Source: Priapulus caudatus (taxonomy: Eukaryota). Taken from it: a DNA stretch of 54,557 bases. The DNA lies in contig NW_014577068.1 in the NCBI RefSeq assembly GCF_000485595.1, positions 400,379-454,935 of the forward strand. Reading direction: 5' to 3'. Of the stretch, positions 37,875 through 52,239 are shown piece by piece. The translations under genes and the position numbers were made by a program. How positions within the stretch are numbered: position 1 is the first letter of the stretch; each line of letters begins with the position of its first letter. The notes under the pieces were generated by a model. It saw only the letters and a program-made list of their open reading frames with translations. It made no database searches and was not told the DNA's origin.

Positions 37875-38367
37875 TTACTAGAGGTTTTTTTATCACCGTT
37901 TTGGCACCATGCATGTTTCCTCCCCCGCTTGGTCTACTAATAGATATGCGACTTAAGACGTGTCAAAAGTCATGACTTAGACATGATTATTAAGACTTAG
38001 ACATTATTATTAAGACTTAGACATAGACAGATTAAGACATGACTTAGACGTGTCAAAAGTTTTCGCACAGCGTCGAGAAAATTCCGTGGCAGGAAACGTT
38101 TGCATAGATCCGTCCGATAGATCAGCTTAGGATCACGACGTGGTAATCATCTGAATGGGAATGAAGTGACGTCCCGCGACCACCGTTTTTAGGCGCAACG
38201 CATCATGACTCAGACACGCGCACTGTTGCTGAATACTCGCTGTCGTATATGTGTGTATGTATAATCATCTACTTCCTGAAAAAAATGCAGAATAGCCGCA
38301 CATGTATACAACAAGCATGCATAACCTAAATGCAGGTATATGCACGCACACATCCAGCTCCAAGCAT

Positions 38368-39150
<783 letters not shown>

Positions 39151-41601
39151 AAAAATGAATTGCATTATTTCTGTATTTTATTTTTTTAATGATTTTCGAA
39201 CGTCGGATCTATTATTTTTTTGACGCAAGCCTGGGAATGATCTGCTCATTTGCGCTTTTCATATATATGTTCCTTTTTATACTGTCAGAGCTATTTCTGA
39301 GATCACAGTAAATTTGTGGAAATATTATAAGAGGCGGAAACAAAATCTAGAGCAAATTCATCAAAGGACTGCAGTCATTCCTGGATTTAAGTGGGCCGCG
39401 TTTTGCAAAACTGTTATGCAAATGACAAATAGTTCGTTAGCCAGCCATTCTTATCACTATAACCAATCTTCACGTATAAAATGTGGGAGCATAATAAGTC
39501 ACTTTAAATTCTTAATCGTGCACGCGATGATCGTCAATTTCTGCTGATGCGCACAGTTAGTGGTATTTTGTTAACTTTGAGGTTAATTATCCGCTTTTAA
39601 AATGTTTTAAAATGTTTTTTTTAGTATATAAGTTTCTACTGTGATGGAAACTTTACATACAAAACGAACCCAGTCCCTGAAATCCGGTATGCGGCTTCGC
39701 GCAGCCCATACATGGCACCAGGAGTAAGTTGCTACTGGTGGTACCACAGACTAAGACTATCTATGGTGATATTTTTACTCTATGGTGGTACTTATACAGG
39801 TCGGGCCACAGTGCGTGTGCGTCTCGATTCTCACTTTGATTAGCAGCACCAGACCATCCTATAGCAGCTATAGGTCGATTAGCATCAACAAGTAAACTGA
39901 AGCGGTTGTTTAATCAGTGATAAAGCCTCGCATCCGGATATAGCTGCCGAATCTATGTAAAGATGCCACGCCCGTGCTTGTAATTTTGTGTGCCCAACAG
40001 AGTTTCGCAGCTACTATATACTACCGTACGGGATCACAATATTTCCCAACATCTACAGCTACTATCGTCAAACAAGCAGCTATATATGCTATAATCTTCA
40101 CTTGACCATGATAAATCCAATGAAAGGTAATATAAGTTTTGAATGATGAAAGCAGACATGAATAGGGGGCTTTCGCTTTCGCTTTTCGCCGTTGAGCTTT
40201 CGCCGAGTATCTCTCGTCATCAGATCAGGCTTCATTCACGCCTTATTCTAATTTTATATATTTATTTTCATATCTACACGGCTGTTTTTACTTACACATA
40301 TACCGATTAATTTTCGACAAAAGATCGTACATATATGTATTATGTAACCAGAAGTGAATAAAAACAAAATGGTGCTTTTATTCACGCCTGTAACAGGTAT
40401 ATATATGCACTCAAAGGTATATACTATATGTAAACAATTTTCATCGTATCGTATCGTATCGTATATTGTCCCACTCTTGTATTTCACAAGGCATCATTTC
40501 TGGTGAAGGTGCGAGGATATTCTGGGAATGTAAACTTTCATCTCATCATTTTCATTAATTTGTACTTCCAGCATTTAATTCTGCTAATCTTATTCTTTAA
40601 TCCCTATATTTTAGTAATTTCCTCACGTGGTTGGAAGCATGCATGTCTTGCATGAAACTAAACAAAACAAAACAAAACGAACGAGACAAAACAAAACAAA
40701 ACGAAACAAAACAAGAATCCTCATAGGACATTGACGTCATATAATTCTTTAATCCATAATTATTAATATTAATCATTTTCAATTTTGTTTTTGTTGCTCC
40801 TTCCCTTTCGTCCCTTTCTATCACGTTTTTTTAGAATGGCCTCTTTTACCATCTTTTTCCATCTCATTTTTGATAAGCTATGCGCCAATAGATAAGAATG
40901 ACATATTTAATTTATATTCTTCAATTTCGTCTATGATCTCATTTGCCCAATTTTTTCCCCCATATTTTAATTGCTGTAACAACACTCTTCTCATTAAACG
41001 TTCTTGCTCTAAATCTATTATGTATTGTAATAACATTAATCTTTTATAATAAATTTTGTCAAGAATTGCACTTGGTATTATACCTAGTGTTTCGACACTT
41101 CATGACGGGACTATTTTCGAATCTTCCGAATCTCACGGATTCAGGTTATCGGTCGCCATCACAGTGGCAGTATATTTATGCGTTCACAGTGCCGTACAAA
41201 TGATATCCATTGTTGTCACTGTTCTCAGACCATAGTCACAGCTAGGTACACAGAACCTCGATCATTAATGCTGTTTCAGTATTTATAGTTACCCGTAATA
41301 AAAGTAGCACAAGCGATGACGTTGCGTCTACGCAAGGTAGACCGACGAACGTCGAAAAACACCCTAGCAGCGTGCTAATACGCACACATAATAAAAACTC
41401 ATTCTAAGATTTTGAACAAAATTGATTCATACCAAAATTAATAGAAGTCTAGAGTTTTCAAGTACGATGGAAATAGAGATAGGTGTCTTAACTTTCAATA
41501 TTATTACGAATTTTTTTATTTTTGAGTAAAATCATCGGGTACTACATTGTCTAGAATTGGCGTATGTGCACAGTGATCCGGTTAAAATGATTCCCGCAGC
41601 A

Positions 41602-41636
41602 TATATAAGCTGCAGCGCGTACATACGGCGTCACTC
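41602..41636 (+). promoter_or_regulatory. Core promoter (TATA box + initiator) of the SERTA/IER-like gene
   Basis: TATATAAG at 41602-41609; Inr-like TCACTC at 41631-41636, its A (41633) lying 31 nt after the first T of the TATA box, i.e. canonical spacing. Confidence 0.65.
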
Positions 41637-42073
41637 GAAGGTTGGCGTACCGCTTGAAAGAAGGAGTTTCTGTGTCAGGGATTTCGCGAGAGTTTTCTGT
41701 TAGAGGGCTTTTTCGATTGTTTCAATTGATTATCTGGCTTTTCTGTTCAGTTTTCGTGTCGTACTCATGGTCTTCAATATAGATTTTGATCGTTAGAGCT
41801 TTTCGTTAGAAACACTGTTGCTTACGGTCGAACTGCAATTTGTAGGGTTGCCTCGAATCCATCAACTCAGCCGCTCCTGGAGGCTGGAGACCGAAGAGGC
41901 ACATTTGTAAGGTGAATATATTACGATATTTTCACGTGTTAGCACGGCAGTTTTAGCGTCATCTGACCGAAGGAAGGCAGCTACTGCAACTTGCAAGCCA
42001 ACAGCCGTTGCCGAGGACGGACCAGTTTATTACCGCCGGCCATCGTTGCTACCTGCCACGACTGTCGAACAAT

Positions 42074-42514
42074 ATGAAGGTGAGCGAGTTTCCACTATCG
42101 TCTTTTGTCGAAGACGGCGACATCACCAAGCTACTTGAACTTTCGATAAAGAAGAAACGCGTAGTAAAGCGTAGGAGGTGTGCTGATCTACGGAGAGAGG
42201 TGTTATTGCAAGCTACAGTTAAGCAAGCATGTGATGAGATTAGCCAGACCTTGGAGAGGCTCCACGAAAACAACCCACCGCAGGACAGTGGCTGGGAAGA
42301 CTCAGAACTTGCATTCCCTTTGTCCAAGGATGAGAGTGCATGGGCAAATCAAAATGGCTGCCATCTTACCTCGCCATTAGAGCTCGGCCAACCAGGGACC
42401 TCAACAAAGTGTGATATTAATCAAAACGTGCCTTCCCATGGATGCAGTGATACTGTTGAAGACATCTTTGGACTTGATCAGTTCTTTAGAAATGTAAAGT
42501 CCCAAGAAACATGA
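42074..42514 (+). CDS. SERTA-domain / IER-like small nuclear protein, single coding exon, 146 aa
   Basis: ATG at 42074 within the 42008-42514 ORF. N-terminal DITKLLELSIKKKRVVKRRRCADLRREVLLQATVKQACDEI fits the SERTA-type pattern (L..LS..K......LRR.VL...T......EI; the IER N-terminus is similar), followed by a low-complexity region and an acidic/hydrophobic C-terminal motif EDIFGLDQFF. Upstream TATA+Inr supports transcription. Confidence 0.7.
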   Translation: MKVSEFPLSSFVEDGDITKLLELSIKKKRVVKRRRCADLRREVLLQATVKQACDEISQTLERLHENNPPQDSGWEDSELAFPLSKDESAWANQNGCHLTSPLELGQPGTSTKCDINQNVPSHGCSDTVEDIFGLDQFFRNVKSQET

Positions 42515-45500
42515 TGCATACATGTTTATTTGCAGTAATTATTAATCATGTACTATTTATGGAATATTTCTCTTTTTCCAGATATGTATTTCGAGCAAGA
42601 TGGCAATCAAACCCAGGCTGCCGCTTCACATGGGTTCACCCCATTGTTGCTTCACAATAATCCTGGCGTCTCGTAAAACCTTTCAAGTGATGTATTTCGA
42701 TGTATAAAACTCAGGAATGTCTTTCATAGTGGAAAGTGAAGGTAGTATTGTAAATAAGGCAAATGGAAGTATGTGGATATTAAAACTGTAAATATGTGGT
42801 TTTGTAAGAGTATGAATGTGTTCTGGGAGAGTTTTTTTGCGAGTGTTTTGGGTGGGGGAGGGGGTGTCTAATGTGTGGCTTTTTTCTTGTAGCTGCTTCA
42901 AGGAACGCTCATTGGAGCAGACCTGGGTTACGCCAACTCGTTAATCACTGGCAGGATGAATTTTGAGCCACCCGGTTGGTTAGGAAATTGTTCCGTCCAT
43001 CGTGGTCTAGTACTAGTAGTCTGTTGACAGTATTTGGAATAAACCCTGTGGTGTCGTTTGGCATTTGAAACCTAGCAGCTATTTGAATGTGAGAGGAGTT
43101 TTTCGGTTGTTGGTTGGGGTGGGTTTCTATTCTTCTTACAGATGAACTGATGACGATGTATTGATGACTGAACAATGACATAGAACATAAGGAACTTTGG
43201 TGCAGCTTGAGGTCGTGCCGGCGTGCTGGGCGATGAAAGCAAGACTAAGCAGAAAAGCAGGATGTCTCCCCTGGTTGAATATCAAAATCGCACTTAATGG
43301 TTTGGCATTGATGAAGTCTAAATAGGCTGGTAATCGTAACTGGTGTATGACTGAAATGAGTATGTGTGAGTGGTACCAGTGCGTTTGAAGATTTTGATAT
43401 AGGGCGAGGTGCAAGTGAATAGTCTGCCTGCTTGGATGTTGGGTGTTGCTTCTCTGTGCTGTGGGTGACGATGTGAAAGTTGAAATGGATTGCATTCACC
43501 AATTACTGTGAGCACATATAGCAAACACTTACACTTGTTTACCATGAAACACTAATTTACTAATACTATGGAATGTCTACTATGGTGGGGGCAGATGGGG
43601 GTTGGGCGTGGTAGTTTTCTTTGTGCATTTGCAGAACGTACAAGTGGATGGAAGAAGCTGCTTATTGATGGTTGTCTGCTACGACGGGTTTCACTTCATT
43701 TACGTACATACATTCTGATGCTTTGAACAACACATTTCGAATGACATAGCAGTTTGCGACGGAAATCCGCGAATCACCAGTTGGATAACTACATCGGCGT
43801 AAAGAAATCTTTGGACAATCACAAACATGGTGAACTTCATTCTTATTCGATGTTTACATATTGCATATATATTAGGTGCTTGAGTTGTGGGATAGGGAAA
43901 ATTGCGACATGAACATACGAATGCACAATTGCGCGAATGAAAGCACAAACGAAGGCAAATGTGGTTATACTGAATCTGTAATCTTGCTGACGTGTGGTCG
44001 AAGGATATTGGGGGGTGCGAGTGTTTCCCAAGTATTTCAGGTGGACAGGTATGTCGGCTAACGCAAAGTTCTGCAGCCTATCACAAACATCGCAGAATGA
44101 GAGTTATGCAATCGCGTAGACGCAGAGCAACCACGGGAACGAGGCTCGTAAGGCAAGCTTTAAACAAGTATTGATTGTCATGCATTGTTTGGTGGTTTGA
44201 CACGAATGGAATCTTGAAAATGGGGTAATTTGTAATGGTTGTTAATTCTGATGGTGTAGTGGTTTTGGGGCAGGGTGGGTATTTTGTCTAGTTTCAGAAA
44301 TGGAAGACGAAACTACTGCGTGTTTAATGAGAGACGTGGGAAATGGTGTGAACCCGTGCCCTGTCTGGCAAGATGTGTGAAAAATGGTGCATCAAATTTA
44401 GTAAGCCAAAGATTACTTGGTGTTTTCTCCATTTAACCAATAATATTGCAAACAGCGCAAATTGATGGTGTTTCCAGTTGATGTGATCTCATGCACGTGA
44501 TTTGATGATGGTGAACATCGTAACTTCGTAAACGTTTTGCATCAAAATTGCATCAAGCTCTGTACATATGCGGGCATGTGGGAAGGTGGTGGGTGCAATG
44601 GGGAGTTTTATTTTTTCCAAACAGGAAGTATTGGGAATCTGTCACAATTCGTTGGTGTCAGCACTCCACTGGTCAAGATGGCAGTTGGCCTCGCAAAGGC
44701 AGGTCGTGTTATTTTTGATGTCCTTGCATTTAAACTACTTCGTTGGAATTTTTGGTGGTTTAGAAGGCGATTGTTGATAGTGTGTGTGTGCGTGCGCGTG
44801 CGCGTGCGTGTGTACATATGTGCGTGGAAGCGGAAGTTGATGTTACAGGTGCGCAAAGGGTCGCCCACGTCCTCTTGGAAAAGGGCTTCGACTATAAATT
44901 ATAACAGTGAAAGAAAGGTGTACACTATGCAGTGAGTGAAATGACGAAAAAGTATTTTGGTCTGCTGTCGTGTGAGATAGTCTGTACTAAGTAAGTCGAT
45001 ACATTGTATTGTTAAGAGAAATGTATGTCAAACTAGACCATACTTTCAATACTTGGCCCCAACTGTTGCAAACTGCAACATCTTTAACATGCCTGCAATT
45101 TGTTGGAATACACTGCTCTTTCTAGCATGTCCTTTTATCCACTATAAATCTTCTTCATTTGCGATTTGTGAAATTCATGGTAGCTTTTAACACGTTAATG
45201 GGTGTGCAGTAGTATGCTTTGTTAATCTATGTGTACTTCTGTGTTAGCGCTATGGTTAATTTTGTTCTAGTTCCTGTCGTGTCCAAAACCCATGATTTAG
45301 CTACTATCTACGGCTCTGCAATTCCTTTATACCATTAAGCACATCTTGTTTTGTCTTCTCACAATGCATGCCTAATTACTGCAGTATGTAGATGTATTAA
45401 AAACCCACAAGTTTGTCTGTAGTCACTATGTGACATAAATAACGTGATCCTATGGGGTTGTAATTTGTATGCATTGTAAATGCACAGTATTAAATGCGTG

Positions 45501-47203
45501 TGATACCATATAAAATCTATATGTGACCTGATCGCAGCGAAGTTTTTTTTGTGTGTTGCCCGTTATGCTGGAAGTAGTGCGTGTGGAGTTGGTGGTTTGC
45601 TTTTGCAGCAGTAGGATTGTGCATTTTGAATGAGTGTAGTGGACATCCCAGATGTAAAGAGGAGGTCGTGATTGTTGCTAGGGATCGTTCGTGACTGCAT
45701 GTTGGTTGGTTGGTACGTAGTGTCAAAGATATCTAAACTTGAAAGCGGTGTTGTTGGGTGTCGTACGAAGGGATGACTGTTGAATGTGGGTTGTGTGTGG
45801 GAGAAATTTTGTTTTGCAGTAGTGTTGATGTTGTGAAGTTTACCAGGCTGTCGAGTAGGAGAAGAGAGATGTTAGCAGGAAATGTGTGTAAGTTGCATGT
45901 ACATTGAAAACATTGTGGCTTGGTGGCATTTAAATTTTGTCATGGTTTGCTATAGCGCATTAAAAAGGTGAAGTAAGTGATCAATGCAAGTAGTAGTGTG
46001 TGCATAGATTGGCGTATATTGTGTGGTATGAGCTAGAAAGTTCCATGAATGTGATAAAATTGTCCTATGTTGGGGGTGGGGGAGGAACCTGGTTATTCAT
46101 TTCTAGGAATTGTGGTGTCACCTGTTGGACTTCCCAGATGGATGGATGTGATAACTCCCTAGCAAGTGAATGTGCATATCCGCATCCCGTCTCGCTGACA
46201 GTGTTCCTTTGAATGTGTGCGACTCGTCATCGCGGCATCATTTCCTTCATCTGTTGAGAGGAGAGGAGTTTGTTGACTGCACGTTGACCTGGTTTTTCCT
46301 ATGTCGTCGCGTCTTCCAACCTCCGTGATTGGTCAGTCGGCTCTGCAATCGGCAAGTCTACTAGAGGGCCTGTGTGCCGTTGGAAAGGTGCAGGTAGTCT
46401 ATTTGCAGGCTGCAGAACCTGTTAGTGGCCATGGAAACACGAATATGCGGCGACAATCCTTCCCCATTCATCGGCGCTACCAGCGGCCTGTGGTCTGTCA
46501 TCTATCCATCAACGTTAAACATGCAACATGCCAAGCACCACCACTCCCGGTTGGAGCAACCCTTTCCTTTACCTGTGATGATCTGCCAACATCTTGCGGT
46601 TCCGTGTGCTATCTGACAAAGATGTGTGCCCTCATCCGATCAACCGGTGAGATCCATGTTCAACCATCGGCCAGCATCCGTGTTCTACTAAGCCAACATC
46701 CAAACCTCGGGCCACGTGGGAGTCTCCTATTTACAAAGGTTCAGCATCCATCTTCCCGGTCAGCATCGTTTATTACAAATTCTTTGGTGTGTGATCAAGG
46801 AGAGGAGATCGACTGCACGTCTTTAAGATGAAAATTGGAAGTGTCAGTGTGGAGGTGATTTTTCTGAGCAGTGAATTTGGAGAGAATATCTATTGAAGAG
46901 AAATTGATAGTTTAAATCTACAATGACAGAAAAAATGGCAACTGTGGGGGGGTGAAATGAAAAATGGGAGTAGTTTATATTTTTGCAGCCTTGCTAACGC
47001 GCAATGCGAGTGGATGTGCGCAAGTGATAACATCCTTTTACTACACAATGGGAGCATTTACCGTGAGTGCGTAAGGTTTGTTTAAAAAGTGATTTACTAA
47101 GAATAGTTACGTTTCAATAGTAGTGAAATGCGATTTGTTGATTGGACACTGGGGTTGGCATGTGTGGTGCAGCTGCTTGCGTGTTGTTGGGAACGGCGCC
47201 TGT

Positions 47204-50200
47204 TGAAGTGTCAGGCTGCTTGTGCTGGAGTGATATCAGAGGTGGTGTAAGTTGCATGGAATTGTTTGTACGGCTGAAAATTCTGTTACTGCTTACCATC
47301 GTTTAATAATAGTTGACGTAATGTTAGATCAGAACAATTGGTGCGCGATTGCTGCGTTTGGGAACTAGTGTTGTTTGTTGGGGGTGCGTGGTTTGCGTGT
47401 TTCAGCACTTGTAAGTGCAGTGGGATTTGGACGGTATAGACTGGTGGACGTTTTAAGAAGAGTGCTACACAAACGTGTATATACGGCTATGGTTGATAGA
47501 ATGTCAGGTGAGAGTATTTAGGTTTTTGGGTTTGTCTTTTGCATCTTAATGCACTTGCATTTGTAATGTGGCTTGCAATGTGTTCTTTGGAGGTTTTGCA
47601 TACATGCAACTTGGTTGTCTAACAACAAATTGACAGTAAACCCTAATACAAACTAAACTCGCTTAATAAATAAGAAACCTAAGTACTGGTAATGGTAAAC
47701 GATGTCGTTTTGGTTGGCGGGTGGTGCGTGGGGTAGTGTTTTCTTGTTTGAGCAGGTATTACAAACTCCGCTGGGCGCTACTGCCGTTTCTCCTGTCTTG
47801 CAATAACACTGGGATGCACCTGACTGATTTGGCTGCAATGAGAACCTGTCGATTTAAAGCGCAGGAAGACTACTAAATGACGTAACAACCCTGTATGGGC
47901 AAACTGCTGCATTCTTGAGGTTTGGTTATAAGTGTTTTCTGCTTACAAGTACTGCACGTACTTCAACAACTGATAATGGTTAACCAACTGTAAGTGTGTG
48001 GGATCTGATCTGCGTAAAAAGTGTGCTGCTTTAGTGTGTGGGGGATGTGTGTAGTTCTTCATTTATAGGAGCTGTGGTGTCAATTGCCTATTGGATGGAA
48101 GTGTGAAGTGTCGGGCTGCTTGTGCTGGAGTGATATCAGAGAAGGTGGTGTAAGTTGCATGGAATTGTTTGTACGGCTGAAAATTCTGTTACTGCTTACC
48201 ATCGTTTAATAACAGTGAACGTAATGTTAGATCAGAACAATTGGTGCGCGATTGCTGCGTTTGGGAACTAGTGTTGTTTGTTGGGGTTGCGTGGGTTGCG
48301 TGTTTCAGCACTTGTAAGTGCAGTGGGATTTGGACGGTATAGACTGGTGGACGTTTTAAGAAGAGTGCTACACAAGCGTGTATATATGGCTATGGTTGAT
48401 AGAATGTCAGGTGAGAGTATTTAGGTTTTTGGGTTTGTCTTTTGCGTCTTAATGCACTTGCATTTGTAATGTGGCTTGCAATGTGTTCTTTGGAGGTTTT
48501 GCCTACATGCAACTTGGTTGGCTAACAACAAATTGACAGTAAACCCTAATACAAACTACTACTACTACTACAAGAAACCTAAGTACTGGTAATGGTAAAC
48601 GATGTCGTTTTGGTTGGCGGGTGGTGCGTGGGGTAGTGTTTTCTTGTTTGAGCAGGTATTACAAACTCCGCTGGGCGCTACTGCCGTTTCTCCTGTCTTG
48701 CAATAACACTGGGATGCACCTGACTGATTTGGCTGCAATGAGAACATGTCGATTTAAAGCGCAGGAAGACTACTAAATGACGTAACAACCCTGTAAGGGT
48801 AAACTGCTGCATTCTTGAGGTTTGGTTATAAGTGTTTTCTGCTCACAAGTACTGCACGTACTTCAACAACTGATAATGGTTAACCAACTAAGTGTGTGGG
48901 ATCTGATCTGCGTAAAAAAGTGTGCTGCTTTAGTGTGTGTTGGGTATGTGTGTAGTTCTTCATTTATAGGAGCTGGGGTGTCAATTGCCTATTGGATGGA
49001 AGTGTGAAGTGTCAGGCTGCTTGTGCTGGAGTGATATCAGAGAAAGTGGTGTAAGTTGCATGGAATTGTTTGTACGGCTGAAAATTCTGTTACTGCTTAC
49101 CATCGTTTAATAACAGTGAACGTAATGTTAGATCAGAACAATTGGTGCGCGATTGCTGCGTTTGGGAACTAGTGTTGTTTGTTGGGGGTGCGTGGTTTGC
49201 GTGTTTCAGCACTTGTAAGTGCAGTGGGATTTGGACGGTATAGACTGCCCGAGACGCCGGCTGATGGCTGAGGACGCAAGATGTCGGCTGATGGCTGAGG
49301 ACCCGAGACGTCGGCTGATGGCTGAGGACCCGAGACGTCGGCTGATGGCAGTTCTGATGGTTCTGGTGGGCTGATGGAGGCTGGATGTAGTGTAGACCTA
49401 GTGGTTTGCAGGACAGGGTAGGACAGCCGTCGCATATTCGTCATTCCCACGGACAGATCTGCAGCCTGCAAATAAACTACCACCTTTCCATAGTGGAGGC
49501 CCCCGGTAGACTTTTTCGATTGCAGAGAAGATGCGACGACATGAGGAGACAGGTGCAGCCAGCTCGTCCCATGACAGGAAGGAAATGCGCGACGTTGTGT
49601 TGGATACGGCATGTTGCATAAATATCACTTGCTAGACACTTCCATCCAATAAGCAATTGACACCATAGCGCCTATAAATAAAGAACTACACACATCCCCC
49701 ACACACTAAAGCAGCACTTCTTACGCAGATCAGATCCCACACACTTACAGTTGGTTAACCATTATCAGTTGTTGAAGTACGTGCAGTACTTGTAAGCAGA
49801 AAACACTTATAACCAAACCTCAAAACTGCAGCAGTTTGCCCATACAGGGTTGTTACGTCATTTAGTAGTCTTCCTGCGCTTTAAATCGACATGTTCTCAT
49901 TGCAGCCAAATCAGTCAGGTGCATCCCAGTGTTATTGCAAGACAGGAGAAACGGCAGCAGCGCCCAGCGGAGTTTGTAATACCTGCTCAAACACAAGAAA
50001 ACACTACCCCACGCACCACACGCCAACCAAAACGACATCGTTTACCATTACCAGTACTTAGGTTTCTTGTAGTAGTAGTAGTTTGTATTAGGGTTTACTG
50101 TCAATTTGTTGTTAACCAACCAAGTTGCATGTACGCAAAACCTCCAAAGAACACATTGCAAGCCACATTACAAATGCAAGTGCATTAAGGCGCAAAAGAC

Positions 50201-50290
50201 AAACCCAAAAACATAAATACTCTCACCTGACATTCTATCAACCATAGCCATATATACACGCTTGTGTAGCACTCTTCTTAAAACGTCCAC
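47204..50290. repeat. ~900-bp tandem repeat, three copies; the third is split by an inversion
   Basis: Unit start TGAAGTGTCAGGCTGCTTGTGCTGGAGTGATATCAGA at 47204, 48104, 49005; third copy stops at 49247 and its remainder is present reverse-complemented at ~49636-50290. Confidence 0.95.
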
Positions 50291-50630
50291 TCCTCAGCCA
50301 TCAGCCGACGTCTCGGGTCCTCAGCCACCAGCCGACGTCTCTGGTCCACAGCCACCAGCCGGCGTCACGCGTCCTCAGCCATCAGCCGACATCTTGCGTC
50401 CTCAGCCATCAGCCGGTGTCACGCGTCCTCAGCCGGCGTCACGCGTCCTCAGCCATCAGCCGACATCTCGGGTCCTCAGCCATCAGCCGGCGTCACGCGT
50501 CCTCAGCCATCAGCCGCCGTCACGCGTCCTCAGCCATCAGCCGGCGTCACGCGTCCTCAGCCATCAGCCGACATCTCGGGTCCTCAGCCATCAGCCGGCG
50601 TCACGCGTCCTCGGCCACCAACCGACGTGT
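49248..50630. repeat. 27-bp GC-rich minisatellite in two oppositely oriented blocks (49248-49350 minus; 50291-50630 plus)
   Basis: Unit TCCTCAGCCATCAGCCGACGTCTCGGG and variants; reads PQPSADVSG in one frame. Confidence 0.92.
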
Positions 50631-52239
50631 CGGGCACACCTTGGTATTACCATCCTTGCAGTCTACATGTTTGGGTCCACATCCTGTCAGCCACCAGCTG
50701 TGATCTTGGGGACACAAGCCAGCGTACCTGCCATGCGTGAGCCAACATGTAGCCATTAATCAGCGTGTGTGTTTGTTTTAACCGTTGTTACCAAACTTTG
50801 AAGATGATTATTGGTATTGTTTTTACCTTCCTATCAAATTTTACGTACACAACTGTTAATGTCTTCCGTATCATCGTCTGTAAGTAATAGAGATGCATTC
50901 CATAACCATTGTGGGTGGGCGAGAGGGTTTGTTACAGGTCTTTGGTGGTCTTGGAAATTGCTGTCCTCGTCGCTAAGCTTTTAGGATGTTGCTGCCAGTA
51001 GTGTGATCCAAAGCCAGTAGTGGCCTCAAGCAGAAGGGTGGTGCCCACTCGTGCGAGCAAACATCAGAGGGTCCTAAAGGTCCAACCAAAGGGGATCGGG
51101 GAGAAGTAGAAGCCAGCCAACGTTCCAGCCAGCCATGGGAAGAGGTGCAATACATGGAGGGTCACAGGGGAATCGGCGCGAACATCAAGGGTCATACAGG
51201 TCCATCAACAGGAATTGGGCATTAGGAGCAAGCCTGAAAGCCAGCCAGTGATAGGAATTACTTTCAAGGGTCGTCATTCGAGGGTCGCATGGGAACCAGC
51301 AGGAGCATCCCAAGGGTCCTACAGGCTCATCAGAGGGAATTGGGAAGTGATAGGAGCCAGCCAGCCATAGGGAGGCCATCAGTGTGAAAGGGTGGTGACA
51401 TCAGGCAAAAAACTTTTGGTCAAGTGTCCTGCATAAAAAGATGAAAACGTATCAGCCCACATAGCTTGCCTATATATTAGATCCTGTGGGGAAAATGTAC
51501 AGAGTCTGCCATTATGACATCAGGGAGTAATACCATACAAAGCAGCTATTCATAATTGACATTATTCCATGGTATTGTGCCAAGTATTCGACCATGTGTA
51601 AAGAAGAGGTATGAATTCTCGGACTTGCAAGTGAAGGAAGTGAAGTGACGTGAATGTAAAGTCTGAAGATTATTCAGAGTCGTGATAGCAGCGAGAAGAA
51701 ACCAGAAGATGAGAGGAGATAGCAGTGGAAGAGTGTAGAGGGAAGAGTGGTCTCAGAAGTGTGGTTGTTGTGGTGTGATTATGACAGTGTTCCATGCGAT
51801 TGTGACCATGTGTAAAAAGTGGCTATTCTAAGAAGTATGAAGTCTCGCAATATTTATTCGGAATCTGCAGAGGGAAGCAGCCAGAAGAGGAGGAGGAGAA
51901 GACAGTGGAAGAGTGTAGTGGGGAGTGCTTGCAAAGGTTTATTTGTTGCAACATGTGAAAGGTGCAGAGCAGTTTTTGTTAGCATGTGCCAGGGGGGTGA
52001 GACAACACCTTGGCTGGTCAGAGCATGGGAAATCACACCTCCCCCCTCCCAAATTTCAAAAGTGCAATCAAGTGGGAGTTAGGGTTGGGGTGTCCGGCTC
52101 GCAGCATTTCCCTGGCACAATTAATTAGGTCGTGTTTATAATTGATGTATAACGAGTTCAAAACAAGATTTGTGTGATTGTGAGCAGGAAAAATAGTGGT
52201 GGGAAAAGAGCAGGGAAAAAGTGAAGGATAGAATGTATG

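Noticed and set aside
39660..40250. Possible structured RNA or tRNA-derived SINE
   Set aside because: No cloverleaf or convincing A/B boxes could be identified by eye.
51060..51370. Collagen-like GPKGPTKGDRGE text
   Set aside because: Gly-X-Y periodicity is not sustained and frames contain stops; it is a degenerate ~130-bp repeat.
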